Below, piece by piece: positions 59,177 through 64,000 of a stretch of DNA of 64,000 nt; the stretch's first letter is position 1, and each line of letters starts with the position of its first letter. The notes below the pieces were generated by a model. That model worked only from the letters and a program-made list of their open reading frames with translations, was not told where the DNA came from and did not search any database. Made by a program: the position numbers and the translations under genes. Source of the stretch: Nitrospirota bacterium (GTDB taxonomy: Bacteria; Nitrospirota; Thermodesulfovibrionia; Thermodesulfovibrionales; Dissulfurispiraceae); assembly GCA_040754455.1 (NCBI GenBank), contig JBFMCP010000001.1, forward strand, positions 160,001 to 224,000. The letters run 5' to 3'.

Positions 59177-59677
59177 TTAATCGCTGACGCCGTCCTTCGG
59201 CGGCTCTTTTTCTTCGAGGATATACCGCACCTTTACATCCATATCCTTTCTCAAAGAGTTGTACACGGAGCAGTACTTTTCGTGCGAGAGGGAGACAGCG
59301 CGGTCGACCTTCTTGGGATCGAGGTTCTTACCGCTGATATGCAGAATCATCTCGATAGCCTTAAAATACTGCGGAGGGGTAGGGTTCCGCTCTCCGATGA
59401 TCTCCAGCTTGAAGTTCGCAAGCTCCACCCGCATCTTCTGGAGGAACATGACGACATCAATGCCCATGCATCCTGCGAGGCTCAGCAAAAGTGCATCCGT
59501 AGGCTTGCAGCCCCACTGAACATGGGCGTCGAATTCAATCTCGTATCCTTCATTGGTCCGGCCCACAAAAATCAGGTCTCTGTCCCACGAAAGCGTCCCC
59601 TTGACCACCGGATTGATCTTTCCCTTGTAGTCCTTCAGCGACTCCTCTAACGAAGCATCCTTTTCCTTTCCGCTCAT
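59177..59677 (-). CDS. OsmC-family protein
   Basis: P.D.LL.SLAGC, SHEKYCSV. Confidence 0.88.
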   Translation of the reverse strand: MSGKEKDASLEESLKDYKGKINPVVKGTLSWDRDLIFVGRTNEGYEIEFDAHVQWGCKPTDALLLSLAGCMGIDVVMFLQKMRVELANFKLEIIGERNPTPPQYFKAIEMILHISGKNLDPKKVDRAVSLSHEKYCSVYNSLRKDMDVKVRYILEEKEPPKDGVSD

Positions 59678-59863
59678 CCTCTCGACCTCCTCCTTCTATA
59701 CTTTTCTATAATATCTAAGAATTGTATTGAATTATCCGCCCCGCAGTCAATTGAACGGGGGTCGGTGCATTTACAAGCCCCGAAGAATATTGTTTCCTCT
59801 TCTCACATTTGTGAATTATAATAAGTACAATAGGTTTCACAGACTTGTCCAAGGGGGAGCACC

Positions 59864-60181
59864 ATGAGAAGGTTTATTGTAGGGGCAGGGACGATTGTCA
59901 TGGCAATCATACTCGGCAGCAGTGCCCTGGCAGTTCCCACGGGCCGTATCCTGGAGTGGAAGACGGGGAGCAGTACCGTTGTCTTTGACGGCGGGGTCCA
60001 TTCATCGCAGGGACTGAAATGCACTGATTGTCACCCCAACCCGTTCATGATGAAGAAGGACTACGCAAAGATGAAGATGGTCGAGCTCATTGAGGGTAAA
60101 TACTGCGGCGTGTGCCACAACGGCAAAAAGGCATTTCCCTCGAATACGGCAAAAGATTGCGGGAAATGCCACAAGATGTAA
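59864..60181 (+). CDS. Triheme c7-type periplasmic cytochrome, paralog of 23262-23582
   Basis: Signal peptide; CTDCH, CGVCH, CGKCH. Confidence 0.88.
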   Translation: MRRFIVGAGTIVMAIILGSSALAVPTGRILEWKTGSSTVVFDGGVHSSQGLKCTDCHPNPFMMKKDYAKMKMVELIEGKYCGVCHNGKKAFPSNTAKDCGKCHKM

Positions 60182-60286
60182 GCCGGCCCTGAAACATAAC
60201 TATCCATCACTCAATTCCCCTATTTCAGTGCTCCATTACTCAGGCCCCCCTCCTCTTTCCCGAATATGTGGTAAAATCGGAACAGT

Positions 60287-61915
60287 ATGAATGGTGCGGA
60301 ACTCCTGGTACGATGCCTTGAACATGAGGGTCTTCGCTTTATCTTTGGCCTCCCGGGCGAAGAAAACCTTGAGCTGCTCAACGCCCTCACGGCATCGAAA
60401 ATACAGACGGTCATCAGCCGTGACGAACGGGGTGCAGCTTTCATGGCGAACGCCTACGGCAGGCTTACGGGCTCACCGGGCGTCTGCTTCTCCACCCTCG
60501 GCCCCGGCGCAACGAACCTCGTCACCGGCATCGCCGATGCACTCCTCGATTTTGCTCCCATGCTCGCCATCACCGCCCAGGCATCGCTCCTCAGGGCGCA
60601 TAAGGAATCGCACCAATACATCGATGTCCTCTCGATGCTCAAACCCATTACCAAGTGGAACTCACGAATCGGCGCCTCCCAGGTCATCCCCGAGGTGGTT
60701 CGGAAGGCCTTCAAAATCGCCATGCTCGAAAAGAAAGGGCCTACACACCTGGAATTGCCTGAAGACATCGCCGATGCACCGGCTGAAGGTACGCCTCTCC
60801 CGCTCTCGGTGATCGAATACCCGGCACCCGATGCGAAACGGGTGAAGCGTGCTGTTCAGATGATGAGAGATGCGCGGATGCCGGTGATCCTGGCTGGCGA
60901 CGGCGTTATCCGCAACAGCGCATCGGAAGAGCTACTCCGCTTCGCACGACAGACAGGCATTCCCGTTATCTGCACCTTCATGGGAATGGGCGTCGTTCCT
61001 GCGGACGACGAGCTCTTTATCTCGACCATCGGGCTCCAGTCCATGGATTACGTCCAGTGCGGCCTCGACAGGGCAGACCTGATCATTGCTGTCGGCTATG
61101 ATCCTGTGGAGTTCAGTCCCAAGTACTGGGATGCGAGCAAACGGATCATCCATATCGATACCAATCCGGCAGAAGTCGATGCCTCATATAATGCCTTCGA
61201 ACTTGTCGGCGATATTAAAACAACCCTGTGCACCATCACCGCATCAGCCGACTTCCAGAAAGATCCCGATTATTTCATCCGCCTGAAGCGGGAGATCGAG
61301 GAGGACAGGAACGATCCGCTCCTCTATAACGGCGGGCAGGGAATCAGCCCGCTCCGCATCGTCCTCGATATACGGAAAGCGCTGCAGCGGGAGGACATCC
61401 TCATCAGCGATGTCGGCGCCCATAAAATCTGGATCGGCAGGTTCTATCCTGCCTACACTCCCACCAGCGTGGTAATCTCCAATGGGTTCGCTTCCATGGG
61501 GTTCGCTATTCCCGCCGCAATCGCCGGGAAACTCGCCTATCCCGGGAGGGCCGTGGTCGCCGCAGTAGGCGACGGCGGCTTCCTCATGTCCATGGCAGAG
61601 CTCGAGACAGCGGTGCGGCTGAATATCCCCTTCGTCACCGTGATCTTCAACGACAGCTGCTATGGCCTTATCCAATGGAAACAGATGGTAAAATATAAAA
61701 GAGATTTCTGCGTGAATGTGAAAAATCCCGATTTCGTCAAGCTTGGCGAATCGTTCGGATGCAGGGCGTACCGGGTCGAGAGAGCGGATGACCTCCTCCC
61801 CACGCTCAAAGCCGCCCTTGAGCAAAACGTTCCCGCGCTCATCGATTGTCGTGTCGATTATAGCGTGAACATGAAACTGACCGATAAGTTAGGACATATC
61901 GTATGCAAAGCATAA
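60287..61915 (+). CDS. Acetolactate synthase large subunit (TPP-dependent)
   Basis: FGLPGEEN, TLGPGATN, SHQY, GDGGF...N. Confidence 0.88.
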   Translation: MNGAELLVRCLEHEGLRFIFGLPGEENLELLNALTASKIQTVISRDERGAAFMANAYGRLTGSPGVCFSTLGPGATNLVTGIADALLDFAPMLAITAQASLLRAHKESHQYIDVLSMLKPITKWNSRIGASQVIPEVVRKAFKIAMLEKKGPTHLELPEDIADAPAEGTPLPLSVIEYPAPDAKRVKRAVQMMRDARMPVILAGDGVIRNSASEELLRFARQTGIPVICTFMGMGVVPADDELFISTIGLQSMDYVQCGLDRADLIIAVGYDPVEFSPKYWDASKRIIHIDTNPAEVDASYNAFELVGDIKTTLCTITASADFQKDPDYFIRLKREIEEDRNDPLLYNGGQGISPLRIVLDIRKALQREDILISDVGAHKIWIGRFYPAYTPTSVVISNGFASMGFAIPAAIAGKLAYPGRAVVAAVGDGGFLMSMAELETAVRLNIPFVTVIFNDSCYGLIQWKQMVKYKRDFCVNVKNPDFVKLGESFGCRAYRVERADDLLPTLKAALEQNVPALIDCRVDYSVNMKLTDKLGHIVCKA

Positions 61916-63495
61916 CCACCGACTTTCTCGTCATCGGTAGCGGCGTAGCAGGGCTCAGGGCCGCCATCGAGCTCGCACGCCACGGCAGCGTGGTCGTCGT
62001 CACCAAAGATATTCCGACGGAGAGCAGCACTGAATACGCCCAGGGCGGCGTCGCCGTTGCCCTCAGTGACGAGGACGAGGTGGGCATCCACTTTGAGGAC
62101 ACTATAAAGGCGGGGGACGGCCTCTGCAAGGAGAGCGCAGTGAGAGTCCTTGTCGAAGAGGGGCCCAAAAGAATCTATGAGCTTATCGAGTGGGGCGCCG
62201 AGTTCGACCGTGAGGGGACAAAGCTCTCCTTCACCATGGAGGCGGCCCATTCGAGGAGGAGAATTCTGCACGCCCACGGCGATTCGACCGGCAAAGAGCT
62301 GGTGCGGGTATTGATCACCAAGATTAAGACACTCCCGAACATGCAGCGGCTGCCCTTCTCAGCCACCTTTGACCTCATCATCAATGAGGGAATCTGCAGA
62401 GGGGCATACGTACTGGCAGGAAGCGAAAAGATCGCTGTTTTTTCGAAGGCGACGGTACTCGCCACCGGAGGAGCGGGACAGGTCTTTTCGAGAACAACGA
62501 ACCCCGCGGTGGCAACAGGAGACGGCATCGCCCTCGCCTACCGGGCAGGCGCGGTGCTCGAGGATATGGAGTTCGTCCAGTTCCACCCCACGGCGCTCTT
62601 TGCACCTGCGGCACCCCAGTTCCTGCTCAGCGAGGCAATGCGCGGCGAGGGGGCGCTCTTGAGAAACATCCATAAAGAGACCTTCATGAAGCTCTATCAC
62701 CCCGACGCCGAGCTCGCACCACGCGATGTGGTATCGAGAGCGATCGTATCGGAGATGGCGCGAACCGCGAGCAGTCATGTGTATCTCGATCTTACCCACC
62801 GCGGCGCGGAGTTCATCAAGAACCGGTTTCCGAGGATCTATGCTACCTGCCTCAAATACGACGTGGATATTACGAAAGATCTCATACCGGTTTCGCCGGC
62901 GGCACACTACATGATCGGCGGTGTAAGAACGGATCTCGACGGCGCAACCTCCATTAGCGGCCTGTTCGCAGCAGGCGAAGTCGCCTGCACCGGCGTGCAT
63001 GGCGCCAATAGACTTGCGAGCAACAGCCTTCTCGAAGGCCTCGTTTACGGCTTCAGGGCAGGAGCAGCTGCTGCACAATACGCCAATGAGGAAGCGCCTT
63101 CTTCCTCCGCCGCGCTCCCGGGTTTCCGGGCCTCCGAACTAAAGGGGCTGGAAGAGATACGGGCCACTTTGAGAAGGACCATGTGGGAAAAGGTCGGCAT
63201 TATCCGGCACGGGACATCCCTTGCCGAAGCTTATGAGAAGCTCCTTGAGTGGCGCTTTATCTTGGAGATGGATTTTTCGACGCGCATCGAATACGAGTTG
63301 AAGAATATGCTCACCGTCGCCCTGCTGATTACCGAGGCGGCGCTGCGGCGCAAAGGAAGCGTCGGCGCCCACTACCGGTCAGATTTTCCTGAGCTTGGCG
63401 AGGAGTGGCAACACCATATTTCCCTTGTGAGGCCGGCCTCTTTCGAATCATCGGCAGAAGGTGTGCTGCACAAAAGAGGGCCCGGCGCGGCCTGA
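61903..63495 (+). CDS. nadB: L-aspartate oxidase
   Basis: YAQGGVA, AHSRRRILH, QFHPT, HGANRLASNSLLE. Confidence 0.93.
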   Translation: MQSITTDFLVIGSGVAGLRAAIELARHGSVVVVTKDIPTESSTEYAQGGVAVALSDEDEVGIHFEDTIKAGDGLCKESAVRVLVEEGPKRIYELIEWGAEFDREGTKLSFTMEAAHSRRRILHAHGDSTGKELVRVLITKIKTLPNMQRLPFSATFDLIINEGICRGAYVLAGSEKIAVFSKATVLATGGAGQVFSRTTNPAVATGDGIALAYRAGAVLEDMEFVQFHPTALFAPAAPQFLLSEAMRGEGALLRNIHKETFMKLYHPDAELAPRDVVSRAIVSEMARTASSHVYLDLTHRGAEFIKNRFPRIYATCLKYDVDITKDLIPVSPAAHYMIGGVRTDLDGATSISGLFAAGEVACTGVHGANRLASNSLLEGLVYGFRAGAAAAQYANEEAPSSSAALPGFRASELKGLEEIRATLRRTMWEKVGIIRHGTSLAEAYEKLLEWRFILEMDFSTRIEYELKNMLTVALLITEAALRRKGSVGAHYRSDFPELGEEWQHHISLVRPASFESSAEGVLHKRGPGAA

Positions 63496-63537
63496 TCCTC
63501 TTACAAACACCTTATTATTATTATTATGAGGAGTACA

Positions 63538-64000
63538 ATGAGACGAGCCAAGATAGTCTGCACCATAGGCCCTGCCTCGAGCAATAAAAAAATAATGAGC
63601 GCTCTCATCAAGAGCGGCATGGATGTCGCGCGTCTGAATTTCTCTCACGCTGACCACAAAACGCATGAGGCATCCGCAGCTCTGGTCAGGGCCGAGGCTG
63701 CGCGGCAGAACAAGACCGTTGCCATTCTGCAGGACCTGCAGGGGATAAAGATACGGATCGGCAATGTCGAGGGCGATGCCCTGCCGCTGAGAGCAGGAGA
63801 AGAGCTCTCCCTTTATCCTGGAAAAGATACGAGCACCGCCCAAAAACTCTTCATCTCCTATCCGGCACTCCTGCAGGACGTCAAAACGAACGAGATGATT
63901 CTTATTGATGACGGGCTTATAAAACTGCAGGTCATCGACAGGACGAGGGAGTCCCTGCGGGCCAGGGTCATCGAGGGCGGCACGCTCAAATCAAAGAAGG
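63538..64000 (+). CDS. pyk: Pyruvate kinase, partial
   Basis: MRRAKIVCTIGPAS...GMDVARLNFSH...DLQGIKIR...LIDDG; runs off the window. Confidence 0.93.
   Translation, partial: MRRAKIVCTIGPASSNKKIMSALIKSGMDVARLNFSHADHKTHEASAALVRAEAARQNKTVAILQDLQGIKIRIGNVEGDALPLRAGEELSLYPGKDTSTAQKLFISYPALLQDVKTNEMILIDDGLIKLQVIDRTRESLRARVIEGGTLKSKK

Overview
A 64 kb bacterial chromosome segment, about 50-55% GC by eye. Its gene content (futalosine menaquinone pathway, triheme c7-type cytochromes, GlnRS, HARP and an Rnl3 ligase) suggests an anaerobic Nitrospirota (Thermodesulfovibrionia-like) or deltaproteobacterial genome; this is inference only. In order, it holds: partial malQ; a ~11 kb copper/metal island with a deletion scar (Met- and His-rich exported proteins, CopB-type ATPase, Csp-like protein, polyferredoxin and FMN-binding protein); an APC permease with an exported methyltransferase; slyD, gltX and Trm112; a TPR lipoprotein; decayed vapBC; an RluA-family synthase, mlaC, msrA, a c7 cytochrome, glnS, tRNA-Leu(CAG) and an HD-GYP protein; an Rnl3 RNA ligase converging on a protein-only RNase P (HARP) that ends an rsfS-rlmH-lapAB operon; an sdhAB-livKHMGF-acuB-sdhCD operon beside malic enzyme and fumC; radical SAM genes, a cyclophilin, nfi and a truncated collagen gene; uvrA, mqnE, mqnC, mqnB, trxB, pyrE, a second c7 cytochrome, acetolactate synthase, nadB and partial pyk. 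The most notable unannotated signal is a ~155-nt non-coding element present three times (31938-32097, 43836-43990, 56654-56809). It folds into a long rod with compensatory base changes between copies and is associated with GGACTTACGC-like terminal repeats and inverted heptamer arrays. Also notable are a probable AUA start for rsfS, the HARP-Rnl3 pairing, an ABC transporter embedded in the sdh operon, and repeat-derived in-frame insertions in SdhB and MqnC.
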